From an uncultured Clostridia bacterium (lineage in GTDB: Bacteria > Bacillota > Clostridia > Christensenellales > DTU072), in assembly GCA_944371785.1 (NCBI GenBank), contig CALVXZ010000001.1, positions 17,210-81,209 of the forward strand: 64,000 nt of DNA, written 5' to 3'. The stretch's first letter is position 1; each line of letters opens with the position of its first letter. The translations under genes were made by a program, and so were the position numbers. The notes beneath the pieces were generated by a model, which was not told where the DNA came from, made no database searches, and saw only the letters and a program-made list of their open reading frames with translations. Positions 8,614-17,743 of this stretch are shown one piece after another.

Positions 8614-10953
8614 CTATTTATGCTCTTCGGAAGCGTTCTCGTCTTCGCCCCCGGAAGATTCCTCGTCGGAGCCGCTGCCCGATTCCTTTGCCTGTTTCTT
8701 TGCCAATCTCCTGGCTTTGCTCTCCTGGTTGACCTCTTTGATGGCTTCGCCGGTCGCGCTGACCAGGGAGCCTACTTTGCCGCCTGCCGTAGCAAACGCC
8801 TTTTTGATCCTAATGAACGAATAGCGCAGGTGCTCCGGATAAGAAACGTTCATCGGACGCTGTTCGGCGGCGCGGTTGTTGACCAACACGTCGTAAGCGA
8901 TGACTATATAATAGATTATCGCCGCAAGGTGGAAAGCTCCGAAAACGTACATTATCGCGGTAGTTTCGTAAGATATCGCAATAACGCCCGTGGAGTCGTA
9001 GCCCGTGATCAGATAGACGTAGGAAATGTTGACGTAAGCGAGGACGGCATATACGATGAACGCCGCATACAGACGCTTGTCTTTCAGCATCGCCGTGGCG
9101 ATGAACAGTAACGGCAAGGCAAGGAATATGCTTTCGGGCGTCATGGAGTTTCCGAACACCCAAAGCGCTATCACGCAGGAAGCCGCTATCAACGTAAGGT
9201 TGATCCTGTTGCGCATTCTGAAATACGCCACCGCCAGCAACGTGACTACGAATATGATATACAGTATCGTCACGAAAATCGACTGAATGCCTACCGCCTC
9301 GAAGTTGTTTCCGAGCAGTCCCTGGAAGTTGAACGCGTTTGCGGAGTAAACTCCGGCGCCTTCGACGGTGGTGATATACCTGTTGAACGCCGAGAAAGCG
9401 TTGCCTGCCGCCACTTCGTTGAATACGAACGGCAAGGATATCAGATAGAAGACAATCAGACCAGCCACCATCATCGTTATCGGAACGGCTACGTCTTTTA
9501 CGGATTTATCACGGATTCCCCTGTAGATCCTGTAACCGGTATAGAACAGCACCGCGGGCACGACATACAGTGCCGAAACGGTAGTCATTGCGGCGGCAAA
9601 ATACGAAACCGCCATCCCGACGTAGCTGTTTTTGTTCAACAGGAAATAGAACGCCAGCACCACGAACATCACGGTAACGGATTCGTAACTGCCCCATGCC
9701 GCGGAGAGCGCGAACACGGTGGGAACCAATCCGTAGAATGCGGACATTATCGTCGCAGCCACGCGGTCGAAGCGTTTTTCGAGGATCCTGTAGATCAGCG
9801 CGACGGTCGCGAGGTCGGCGGTCACCGCTATTAATTTGATCACGGTGACGACGGACAGTTGAATTGAAGCTTCCTCCAATCCGATCGCTCCCAACGCCCT
9901 GCCGATCAGCCCGGCAAAAGTATTCAGATACATTTGCAGCGGCAACATCGTCTGATAAGCCGTATAATAATGAGAATACAGATAAGTGGTTCCGTAAGTC
10001 GCCACCTGCGTACCCATATAAGCGTTCCTGGTAAGGTCGTAACCGAAATGAGTGGACAGAATGTTGTTAGAACCCATTATCGCGGATTCAATCAGAGTTA
10101 TCAGCAGCCTGATAAGTCCTGCGGAACCTACGGCGATCAACAGTCCCATCCATTTTGCGGAACGAAGCTTTTCAAAGAACTTGTTTTGAGTGGAGACGCC
10201 TTCGAACGCCATCGAACGCGAACGCAAAGCGTAAGCCGCATATCCCAACAGCAATATCGCTACCGCGCCCAAAACGACGTAAACCACGTTGTTTTCGCTG
10301 GCCATTCCGTAAACGGCGTTATGCAGAGAATAAAAACCGTACGCTTCCTTGTCCTCGGCGGAAACGGTGCCGACTCTGCCGACGTATTCCAACTTCAGGT
10401 CGTTGATCGTGACTTCGGAATTGACGGGAAGCGATTCGGTTCCGACGAATATCCCGATATGATATTCACCGCGCGTACCGGGAGTTTCGAAATAAAATTC
10501 CACGGTTCCGTTGCCCCTGGTATTGTGCACGTTGTTGTCGGTGGAACCTATGTTGAACTGAGGATCCTCCACGAACCCGATATACATACCGCTGAAATCG
10601 TCCTCGTCGCCGAAAGCCGATACGGAATCGATATCGTACGAATACGAAATTTTATATTCTGAATTCGCCTTTAACCAAACGGTTTGAATCGCGGAAGCAT
10701 ATCCGGCAGATTCCGTGTCTATCGTCAAACCGTCCGAACCGGTCGAAAACACGCTACTGACCGCTATGCTGTTGCCGGCGGAAAGTTCCCATTCGTTTTG
10801 CAGATCTTCGACGCCGGAATAATAGAAATCCGATGTGGAATTTGAAAAGGTCAGAATTTGCGCGCCGGGTTCGTCAATAAATTTTCCCGTGCAGCCCGTC
10901 AAAACAAAAACAATGGCGAGCGCTGCCACCAAAATTAAGATGCTTTTTTTCAT
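8614..10953 (-). CDS. Lipoprotein-signal polytopic membrane protein with an N-terminal extracytoplasmic beta-rich domain (possible GT-C-type glycosyltransferase)
   Basis: 779 aa. Signal plus lipobox MKKSILILVAALAIVFVLTGC. About 200 aa of soluble Ser/Thr/Gly-rich domain, then a dozen or more hydrophobic segments, then an acidic Ser/Glu tail (SGSGSDEESSGGEDENASEEHK). The function assignment is weak. Confidence 0.8.
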   Translation of the reverse strand: MKKSILILVAALAIVFVLTGCTGKFIDEPGAQILTFSNSTSDFYYSGVEDLQNEWELSAGNSIAVSSVFSTGSDGLTIDTESAGYASAIQTVWLKANSEYKISYSYDIDSVSAFGDEDDFSGMYIGFVEDPQFNIGSTDNNVHNTRGNGTVEFYFETPGTRGEYHIGIFVGTESLPVNSEVTINDLKLEYVGRVGTVSAEDKEAYGFYSLHNAVYGMASENNVVYVVLGAVAILLLGYAAYALRSRSMAFEGVSTQNKFFEKLRSAKWMGLLIAVGSAGLIRLLITLIESAIMGSNNILSTHFGYDLTRNAYMGTQVATYGTTYLYSHYYTAYQTMLPLQMYLNTFAGLIGRALGAIGLEEASIQLSVVTVIKLIAVTADLATVALIYRILEKRFDRVAATIMSAFYGLVPTVFALSAAWGSYESVTVMFVVLAFYFLLNKNSYVGMAVSYFAAAMTTVSALYVVPAVLFYTGYRIYRGIRDKSVKDVAVPITMMVAGLIVFYLISLPFVFNEVAAGNAFSAFNRYITTVEGAGVYSANAFNFQGLLGNNFEAVGIQSIFVTILYIIFVVTLLAVAYFRMRNRINLTLIAASCVIALWVFGNSMTPESIFLALPLLFIATAMLKDKRLYAAFIVYAVLAYVNISYVYLITGYDSTGVIAISYETTAIMYVFGAFHLAAIIYYIVIAYDVLVNNRAAEQRPMNVSYPEHLRYSFIRIKKAFATAGGKVGSLVSATGEAIKEVNQESKARRLAKKQAKESGSGSDEESSGGEDENASEEHK

Positions 10954-11019
10954 CTCGGCTCCTTATTGAGTTGTTGTCATACGTGCGCCGCCGCAGCGGC
11001 GCACGCCGAACGTTTTTAC

Positions 11020-11364
11020 TTACCTGCCTGCCTGCTTTACTTTCGCCGCTTTGCCGGTACGTCCTCTCAGATAGTACAGCTTCGCGCGTCTTACTTTGCC
11101 CTTTCTGGTGATCTCGATGTGATCGATCTTCGGGGAGTGCAGGGGGAACGTACGTTCTACGCCTACGCCGAAAGAAAGACGTCTTACGGTAAAGGTTTCG
11201 CGGATGCCGCCGTTTTTCCTGGCAATAACCGTGCCCTCGAAGGCCTGAAGCCTTTCACGGGTGCCTTCGACGACTTTTACGTAAACTTTGACGTTGTCGC
11301 CGATGTTGAAATCGGGCAGGTCGGTTCTGAGACCTTCTTGTTCGATGATGTCGATGATGTTCAT
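11020..11364 (-). CDS. rplS: 50S ribosomal protein L19
   Basis: [50 protein letters not shown]. The ATG at 11364 is preceded by AGGAGGT. The 30-aa upstream extension in the ORF track is ignored. Confidence 0.95.
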   Translation of the reverse strand: MNIIDIIEQEGLRTDLPDFNIGDNVKVYVKVVEGTRERLQAFEGTVIARKNGGIRETFTVRRLSFGVGVERTFPLHSPKIDHIEITRKGKVRRAKLYYLRGRTGKAAKVKQAGR

Positions 11365-11513
11365 ATGACTTACCTCCTGTAAACGACGTACGTATCGGTT
11401 TGGGATTTTATTGCCCGACATAGGTCCGCCGCAAAGTCTAGTATATGATACCAAAAAGCCAAACCCGGCGCAAGCGTTTTTTACAGATATTTAATATTAA
11501 ATTTTAATGGAAG

Positions 11514-11538
11514 AAAAACCCGGCGCCGAAACCGGCGT
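11514..11538 (-). terminator. Weak terminator-like hairpin downstream of yraN
   Basis: Minus strand reads CGCCG-GUUU-CGGCG followed by CCGGGUUUUU. Confidence 0.35.
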
Positions 11539-11554
11539 CTGTAAATTAAATTTT

Positions 11555-11599
11555 ACGGCTTATCGCCGGCAATCCGCCGGCAATCCGCCCGTAAGCCGT
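11555..11599 (-). repeat. Nested hairpin containing an 11-nt tandem repeat
   Basis: ACGGCTTA (11555-11562) pairs with TAAGCCGT (11592-11599). The enclosed loop holds CGCCGGCAATC x2.4 (11564-11590), whose palindromic GCCGGC copies can pair with each other. Confidence 0.6.
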
Positions 11600-11628
11600 C
11601 AGTCCCCCGTCCGCATTGCGGTGACCGA

Positions 11629-11985
11629 TCAATTCCAATAACCGTAAAAAGCGTTCGGAATGTGTTCGATCATGTCGTTTCTGACGGCGATGATATCGAA
11701 CCTGATTTCGACGTCGTTCAGACCGCGTTCCAGAATATACGCTTCCGCCGCTCTCAGAAGGTTGCGGCGCTTGGCGCGGTCCACCGTTTCCGCGGCGTCG
11801 CCGAAGTCGCCGGTGGCGCGCGATCTTACCTCGACGAAGATCACCGCTCCGCCCTTTTCCGCGACTATATCGATCTCTCCCCGCCGGGCGTAGGAAACGT
11901 TCCTGTCTATGACGCGGTACCCTTTTTTTATCAGATATTCGGCTGCCGCCTGTTCGCCTCTTACTCCTTCTTCGGATGTGTTCAT
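11629..11985 (-). CDS. yraN: YraN-family (UPF0102) endonuclease-like protein
   Basis: 118 aa. GEQAAAEYLIKKGYRVIDRN...GEIDIVAEKGGAVIFVEVRSR. Confidence 0.85.
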   Translation of the reverse strand: MNTSEEGVRGEQAAAEYLIKKGYRVIDRNVSYARRGEIDIVAEKGGAVIFVEVRSRATGDFGDAAETVDRAKRRNLLRAAEAYILERGLNDVEIRFDIIAVRNDMIEHIPNAFYGYWN

Positions 11986-12029
11986 AATCTTCAGCTTTTA
12001 TAAAAATCTGTGTTTCGGGCTGCCGAAAA

Positions 12030-12662
12030 TCACTTTTCGGAGTCCGATTCTCCCAATATGTTTTTCAGGAAACTTTTCCTGTGTATCGGGCAAGGTCCGT
12101 ATTTTTTAATGGCTTCGATATGAGCCTTGGACCCGTAGCCTTTGTGTTTTTCGAATCCGTATTCGGGATATAATTCGGCGTATTCGGTCATCAGCTTGTC
12201 CCTTTCCACCTTTGCGAGTATGCTTGCCGCGGCTATGCAATGCGACAGCGCGTCGCCGTGTATCAAAGCCGTATACGGCACGGGAAGTTCCTGTTTCACC
12301 GCGTCCACCAGAACGTGTTGCGGTATAGGAAACACCGAAGTCAACGCCTCTTTCATCGCAAGTTTCGTCGCCTGCAGGATATTGATTTCGTCGATTTTTT
12401 CGGGGGAAACGAATACTACTTTATAAGCGACGGATCGGTTTATCAGTTCGTCGTAAATTTTTTTGCGCTTTGCTTCGGAAACCTGTTTGGAATCGAAAAC
12501 GCCTTCCACCGGGTCGGAAAGATCGGGGATACAGCACGCCGCGGCGACGGGACCCGCCAAAGGTCCTCTGCCGGCTTCGTCTATGCCGGCTATCAGCCGA
12601 ATGCCCTTTTTGATAAGAGCGTTTTCGTAAAAAAACATATCTGTTTCGGAAAATTTAGACAT
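12030..12662 (-). CDS. rnhB: Ribonuclease HII
   Basis: 210 aa. GIDEAGRGPLAGPVAAA active-site motif. Confidence 0.95.
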   Translation of the reverse strand: MSKFSETDMFFYENALIKKGIRLIAGIDEAGRGPLAGPVAAACCIPDLSDPVEGVFDSKQVSEAKRKKIYDELINRSVAYKVVFVSPEKIDEINILQATKLAMKEALTSVFPIPQHVLVDAVKQELPVPYTALIHGDALSHCIAAASILAKVERDKLMTEYAELYPEYGFEKHKGYGSKAHIEAIKKYGPCPIHRKSFLKNILGESDSEK

Positions 12663-12709
12663 ATATCCTCGTTAAAAACAAAAACCGCCGTGTCGGAACA
12701 AACGGCGGA

Positions 12710-13549
12710 TCAGATCGCGTCCAAAGGGAGTTTGGTAAGGTAGCCTTTGCGGTAATCGTTGACGAACGCCTGGGCGGCGCGCGTAATATCGGGGATACCT
12801 CCGCGCTGAATCAGCCCCCGGGATACGGCGATAGCCTCCAACGCTTCCCCGGGCGGAAGTTCCGCCGGGATCTTCCCGTAACGAAGCTCTATCGCGGAGG
12901 GATCCAACTCCGAAATGATCTTGTAACCTTCGGCGGCAAGTTCCGTAACGTCTACCACTTCGTCGCGGACGGAGCCCACCAACGCAAGCCTTACCGCCTT
13001 GGCTTCGTCGGAAAAATCGGGGTACAGCACCCCGGGAGAATCCAACAGTTCTATCGAACGGCCGATCGATATCCACTGTTTGCCGCGCGTTACTCCGGGA
13101 CGGTTGCCCGTCACGGCGCGTTTGGACGGAGCCAGCGAATTTATCAAAGTCGATTTTCCGGAATTCGGCACGCCTATGACCATGGCGCGGATTATTTTGT
13201 TTACGCCTTTTTCCTTGTATCTCGCAATAGCCTCGGCGTTCAGATCGAACAGGCTTTTGACTATTTTCGGAGCGTCTTTTTTTGAAGCGGAATTGGTAAA
13301 AATACATTCGGCGCCGCGCGATTTAAAATGATCGACCCATTTGTTAAGTTCTGTTTGGGATACCAAATCGGCTTTATTGAGTACATACAGACGGCTTTTC
13401 GATCCGATAACGGGTTCGAATGCGTCGCTTTGGGAAGAGCGCGGAACTCTGGCGTCCAACACATAGACCACCGAATCCACGTTCTTTATTTCCTCTTTCA
13501 TCATCCTGACGGCCTTTGCCATGTGGCCCGGGAACCAATGAATCCGCAT
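12710..13549 (-). CDS. rbgA: Ribosome biogenesis GTPase A (YlqF)
   Basis: 279 aa. Circularly permuted GTPase with NKADL preceding GVPNSGKSTLIN. N-terminus MRIHWFPGHMAKA. Confidence 0.9.
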   Translation of the reverse strand: MRIHWFPGHMAKAVRMMKEEIKNVDSVVYVLDARVPRSSQSDAFEPVIGSKSRLYVLNKADLVSQTELNKWVDHFKSRGAECIFTNSASKKDAPKIVKSLFDLNAEAIARYKEKGVNKIIRAMVIGVPNSGKSTLINSLAPSKRAVTGNRPGVTRGKQWISIGRSIELLDSPGVLYPDFSDEAKAVRLALVGSVRDEVVDVTELAAEGYKIISELDPSAIELRYGKIPAELPPGEALEAIAVSRGLIQRGGIPDITRAAQAFVNDYRKGYLTKLPLDAI

Positions 13550-13551
13550 AC

Positions 13552-14253
13552 TTAAATCCGTTCGTCCTTATGCAGTTCGTTGTATTTTTCGATCAGATCG
13601 GGGCGGCGTTCCGAAGTGATTTTCAGGCTTTCCTTCAGCCGCCACGCGGCTATCTGCGCGTGATGCCCGGAAACCAGAACTTCGGGTACTTCTACACCCA
13701 TAAAATTCTGCGGCCGCGTATACTGAGGATATTCCAAAAGCCGTTCGGAAAAACTTTCCTCCGCCGTTGATTCATCGGAGCCCAGAACGCCCGGAACATA
13801 CCTAAGGATCGCGTCTATAACGACCATCGAGGCAAGATCCCCCGAAGTCAGAACGTAATCCCCTATCGACAGCTCTTCGTCGATATCCATATCGATGACG
13901 CGCTGGTCCACGCCTTCGTAAGCGCCGTTTAACAGCACGATGTTTTCGGTTTTCGAAAGCCGCACTACGGCGTCCTGATCCAAGTGCGCTCCTTTGGGGC
14001 TCATATATATTCTCAGAGCCTTTCTTTCGGGATCCACGGCGTTTATCGCGTCGTGAATGGGCTGCGGAGTCATCACCATGCCTGCGCCTCCGCCGAAGGG
14101 ATAATCGTCGGTCTTTTTATGTTTATTCGCGGAATAATCACGGATATTTACGATTTTGACTTCCGCAAGACCCTTTTCGAGAGCTTTTCCGACCAGGCTT
14201 TCTTTCAACGGCGCGTACATTTCGGGAAAAATCGTCAAAACGCTAATCTTCAT
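13552..14253 (-). CDS. trmD: tRNA (guanine37-N1)-methyltransferase
   Basis: 233 aa. MKISVLTIFPEMY...DDYPFGGGAGMVM...SIGDYVLTSGDL. Confidence 0.95.
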   Translation of the reverse strand: MKISVLTIFPEMYAPLKESLVGKALEKGLAEVKIVNIRDYSANKHKKTDDYPFGGGAGMVMTPQPIHDAINAVDPERKALRIYMSPKGAHLDQDAVVRLSKTENIVLLNGAYEGVDQRVIDMDIDEELSIGDYVLTSGDLASMVVIDAILRYVPGVLGSDESTAEESFSERLLEYPQYTRPQNFMGVEVPEVLVSGHHAQIAAWRLKESLKITSERRPDLIEKYNELHKDERI

Positions 14254-14779
14254 ACACAGCCACCTTCCCGAAAACTTCGGCGTCCAATAAAAGCGTCCCC
14301 GTTTCGGGAGAAACTTCCTTTATCAGTCCTTTGACGGCGGGAAACAAGATCTCGTTGCCCGCGCGTAAGCCGCCATTTTTCGTCGAAGCGCCGGAACGAC
14401 TTTCGCTGAAGACCGTGATCACCGGAGTCGGAGCATTCAAACCCACGTCGGTCACTTTCCCTATCTTTTTTCCGTCGCTGAGCGCGCATTCCAAACCGAT
14501 CACGTCGTCCCAGAAAAATTCGTCCGCGTCCAGCTTCGGACGGAAAGCGTCGGGTAAATAAGCCGTTCCGCGTAAGGAATCCGCATTTTCGGGAGTGTCT
14601 ACTCCCTTCAGCTTTATCAACGCTCCGCCGTTTACCGCCCGTATCGACTCCACAGAATATTCTTTTCCGCCGAAAAACACGACGAAAACCTCCGAAAAAA
14701 ACTTCGGAGATAAATTCGTGGAAAGTCTGATCTCGCCTTTTATGCCGTGCGCACGGCAAAAATCGCCCAGCGGCAGCAT
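14243..14779 (-). CDS. rimM: 16S rRNA processing protein RimM
   Basis: The ORF track start at 14782 is TTG. The ATG at 14779 overlaps the upstream gene's TGA by 1 nt. HGIKGEIRL motif plus a PRC-barrel-like C-terminus. Sits in the rpsP-KH-rimM-trmD context. Confidence 0.85.
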   Translation of the reverse strand: MLPLGDFCRAHGIKGEIRLSTNLSPKFFSEVFVVFFGGKEYSVESIRAVNGGALIKLKGVDTPENADSLRGTAYLPDAFRPKLDADEFFWDDVIGLECALSDGKKIGKVTDVGLNAPTPVITVFSESRSGASTKNGGLRAGNEILFPAVKGLIKEVSPETGTLLLDAEVFGKVAVYED

Positions 14780-15009
14780 CAACGCTCTTCGATAAATACG
14801 TCGTAACGACGGTCCATGCCCTGCGAAGCCGCCTTTACGACGGTGCGGATGGCTTTTGCCAGCCTGCCGCCTTTGCCTATCAGCCTCGCAACGGAATCTT
14901 TGTCCACCAACACTTTAATGTCTACCCTGTCGCCGTCATCCAACATTATGATCTCGTATGAAGAACTGTCGACGACCTGCCCGACAAGAAAGTCCACAAA
15001 ATCGCGCAT
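14779..15009 (-). CDS. ylqC: KH-domain RNA-binding protein (YlqC family)
   Basis: 76 aa. GKGGRLAKAIRTVVKA is a KH GxxG motif. Located between rpsP and rimM. Confidence 0.85.
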   Translation of the reverse strand: MRDFVDFLVGQVVDSSSYEIIMLDDGDRVDIKVLVDKDSVARLIGKGGRLAKAIRTVVKAASQGMDRRYDVFIEER

Positions 15010-15015
15010 GACGGA

Positions 15016-15348
15016 TTATTCCTCTGCCTTAACCTGAGCTTCGACGGCGGCTTCGACCGCGTCTACTTCCTTGGGCTCTTCTTTCGCGGCTTTCGCGTAA
15101 TTTGCGGAAACGATTCCGGCGTTTACGAATAACGACTTCACGGTATCGGTGGGTTGCGCGCCGACCTTCAGCCACTTTTCTGCAAGATCTTTGTCGATTT
15201 TGATGTCTGCCGGGTGGACCTTCGGATTGTAGTAACCGATCTGTTCGATATATTCGCCGTCACGGGATTTTCTGGAATCGATCGCTACGATACGGTAGAA
15301 GGGATTTTTCTTTGCGCCCATTCTGTGAAGTCTGATTTTTACTGCCAT
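15016..15348 (-). CDS. rpsP: 30S ribosomal protein S16 (with an acidic/Ala-rich C-terminal tail)
   Basis: [42 protein letters not shown]. Confidence 0.95.
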   Translation of the reverse strand: MAVKIRLHRMGAKKNPFYRIVAIDSRKSRDGEYIEQIGYYNPKVHPADIKIDKDLAEKWLKVGAQPTDTVKSLFVNAGIVSANYAKAAKEEPKEVDAVEAAVEAQVKAEE

Positions 15349-15440
15349 TGTTGTTTGTCCTCCGTTTATATATGGATATTGTTTGTCGAATATTATAATA
15401 TTGTTGCTACAGATACCGAACTATATCAAAATCGGCACTG

Positions 15441-16769
15441 CTATTTGAATCCCTTCATCGGGAAAGGCATTTTCCCGGTGGAAAGTTTCTTTACCATTTG
15501 TTTTGTCTGTTCGAATTGGTTCAAAAGCTTGTTGACGTCCTGTACCTCGGTTCCGGAACCGCGGGCGATCCTCCTTCTGCGCGAAGCGTTAAGGATCTGA
15601 GGATTACGCCTTTCCTTCGGCGTCATCGACAAAATTATCGCCTTTGTCTTTTCCAGCTGTTTTTCGTCCACGTCCAAATTTGCACCTTTCAGCCGTTGAC
15701 CCATTCCGGGGATCATATCCAACATATCGCGCATGTTACCCATTTTCTTCATGCTGTTCAATTGTTGCAGATAATCCTCCAAGTCGAAGGAATTTTCCTT
15801 CATTTTCTTTGCCATTTTGGCGGCTTCTTCCTCGGAAATGGCATTTTGAGCTTTTTCGATCAGCGTTAAAACGTCGCCCATCCCCAAAATTCGGGACGCC
15901 ATTCTGTCGGGGTGGAAAGGTTCGATATCAGTCAATTTTTCGCCCGTTCCGACGTACTTAATGGGTTTGCCGCAGATGGCTTTTATCGAAAGCGCCGCGC
16001 CGCCGCGGGTGTCGCCGTCCAATTTTGTCAGGATCACGCCGGATATATCCAATTCCTGATTGAACGAAGAGGCTACGTTGACAGAATCCTGTCCCAACAT
16101 GGCGTCTACCACCAGCAGGATCTCTTTCGGACGTACTTTGTCTTTTATAGCGCGGAGTTCGTCCATTAAAGGTTTGTCGATGTGCAGTCTGCCCGCAGTA
16201 TCGACAATTACAAAATCAAAGCCGTTTTTTGTAGCGTAAGCTACAGCTTTTTCGGCAATTTCTACCGGATTGATTTGTCCGAGGCTGAACACCTCTACGC
16301 CGGCCTTTTCGCCCACGACCTGCAACTGTTTAATGGCTGCCGGGCGGTAAATATCGCCTGCGGCGAGCAACACTTTTTTATTGTCGCGTTTCAACATCGC
16401 CGCCAATTTGCCGCACATCGTGGTTTTACCCGCGCCCTGCAGTCCGCACATCATATATACGGTAGGCGGTCTGTCCGAAGTTTCCAGCTTCGCGTGTTTG
16501 GAGCCCATCAGTTCGACCAATTCGTCGTTGACGATTTTAACGACCTGATGACTGCTTTCCAAACCTTTCAGTATCAATTCGCCCTTTGCTTTTTCGGAAA
16601 CTCTGTTTACGAATTCTTTTACGACGGTATAATTGACGTCGGCTTCCAACAAAGCGACGCGGACTTCGCGCATGGCGTTTTTAATTTCGAGTTCCGACAG
16701 CGCGCCTTTATTTTTGAGTTTCGAAAACGCATGATTTATTTTTTCGGATAAAGAGCCGAAAAGCGCCAT
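15441..16769 (-). CDS. ffh: Signal recognition particle protein Ffh
   Basis: 442 aa. GLQGAGKTTMCGKLA, DTAGRL, and a Met-rich M domain (MKKMGNMRDMLDMIPGMG). Confidence 0.97.
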   Translation of the reverse strand: MALFGSLSEKINHAFSKLKNKGALSELEIKNAMREVRVALLEADVNYTVVKEFVNRVSEKAKGELILKGLESSHQVVKIVNDELVELMGSKHAKLETSDRPPTVYMMCGLQGAGKTTMCGKLAAMLKRDNKKVLLAAGDIYRPAAIKQLQVVGEKAGVEVFSLGQINPVEIAEKAVAYATKNGFDFVIVDTAGRLHIDKPLMDELRAIKDKVRPKEILLVVDAMLGQDSVNVASSFNQELDISGVILTKLDGDTRGGAALSIKAICGKPIKYVGTGEKLTDIEPFHPDRMASRILGMGDVLTLIEKAQNAISEEEAAKMAKKMKENSFDLEDYLQQLNSMKKMGNMRDMLDMIPGMGQRLKGANLDVDEKQLEKTKAIILSMTPKERRNPQILNASRRRRIARGSGTEVQDVNKLLNQFEQTKQMVKKLSTGKMPFPMKGFK

Positions 16770-16770
16770 A

Positions 16771-17091
16771 CTATATCTCCTTTATTCGTTCAAGAATATT
16801 GCCCAACGTTTTTTTCGAACCTGCGTCCGAAGCGTTCATAACTTTTTCGATCTCGGCGGTCAGATTGCTTATTTTCCTGACCAAACCGAGTTTCGCTTCG
16901 AAATTCAACAGTTTTTCTTCCGCTCTTTTCAAGGTATCGAAAACTGCCTGCCTGGAAACGTTCAATTCCGAGGCGAGTTCGTTCAACGATTTATCCTCGT
17001 CGTAATACCCTTTTATCACCTTTTGCTGGTAATCCGTCAACAACCCGCCGTAGTAGTCGTTCAACAGTCCCATCTCAATGTGTTTAAGCAT
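16771..17091 (-). CDS. ylxM: YlxM/p13-like helix-turn-helix protein
   Basis: 106 aa. LLNDYYGGLLTDYQQKVIKGYYDEDKSLNELASELNVSRQAVFDTLKR. Lies immediately upstream of ffh. Confidence 0.9.
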   Translation of the reverse strand: MLKHIEMGLLNDYYGGLLTDYQQKVIKGYYDEDKSLNELASELNVSRQAVFDTLKRAEEKLLNFEAKLGLVRKISNLTAEIEKVMNASDAGSKKTLGNILERIKEI

Positions 17092-17125
17092 CTTTCAACC
17101 TGTCAAGCAATTTACCTGTACACCA

Positions 17126-17154
17126 ATTCTATCAAAGTGTTACCCGCCTGTCAA
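17126..17154 (-). promoter_or_regulatory. Sigma-A-type promoter for ylxM-ffh
   Basis: Minus strand: TTGACA (17154-17149), a 17-nt spacer, then TAGAAT (17131-17126). Predicted 5'UTR is about 30 nt. Confidence 0.55.
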
Positions 17155-17685
17155 GCAATTTTGTTTGTCGCATATTAAATTATTTTTCCTATGTTTGCAA
17201 AAATCAAAGATACTTGACCGAAAAGTTACGGACGAATCTTTTCCCTGCGGTATCCGGCAGGTTTTCACTTCGCTCGGATCGGTTCCGAACGCTTTCGCGC
17301 AATCCTGCGCATAAGCCGGAATAAAAAACGTAAATTTAGTCCGCTCTCCGTCGGAAACATTTTCATCTTTTTGTCACGAACTTTTAAATCAAAAAAATTT
17401 TCGTTCGCAACGGAAAGCATAGCGGAATTTTACCTTTTTAGACCGCGGCTCCGACATTCGGTAAAAACGGATTTCCGCAGCGCGCGAAGGTGTACTAAAT
17501 TTCAGACTTGCGATTTGAACGTATTCCGTCTTTTTCCATAACGGAAAACAAAAAAAAATAAAAGTTTACGCAATTCCTTTTATTGCCGCGAACCGCCCTC
17601 CCCTCCGTATCCCCGTATTAAAGCCAAGTAACGCCGATATCCGCACTTTTCGGGCTTATTTTCAGCGGCAATGAATTAATAAGAG

Positions 17686-17714
17686 TTGCATAAAAGTAAA
17701 ATATATGGTAATAT
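17686..17714 (+). promoter_or_regulatory. Sigma-A-type promoter for the PEP carboxykinase gene
   Basis: TTGCAT (17686-17691), a 17-nt spacer ending in TGg, then TAATAT (17709-17714). RBS AGGAGA lies 6 nt before the ATG at 17744. Confidence 0.5.
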
Positions 17715-17743
17715 ATCCTTAATCTTACTTTTAGGAGAACGAT

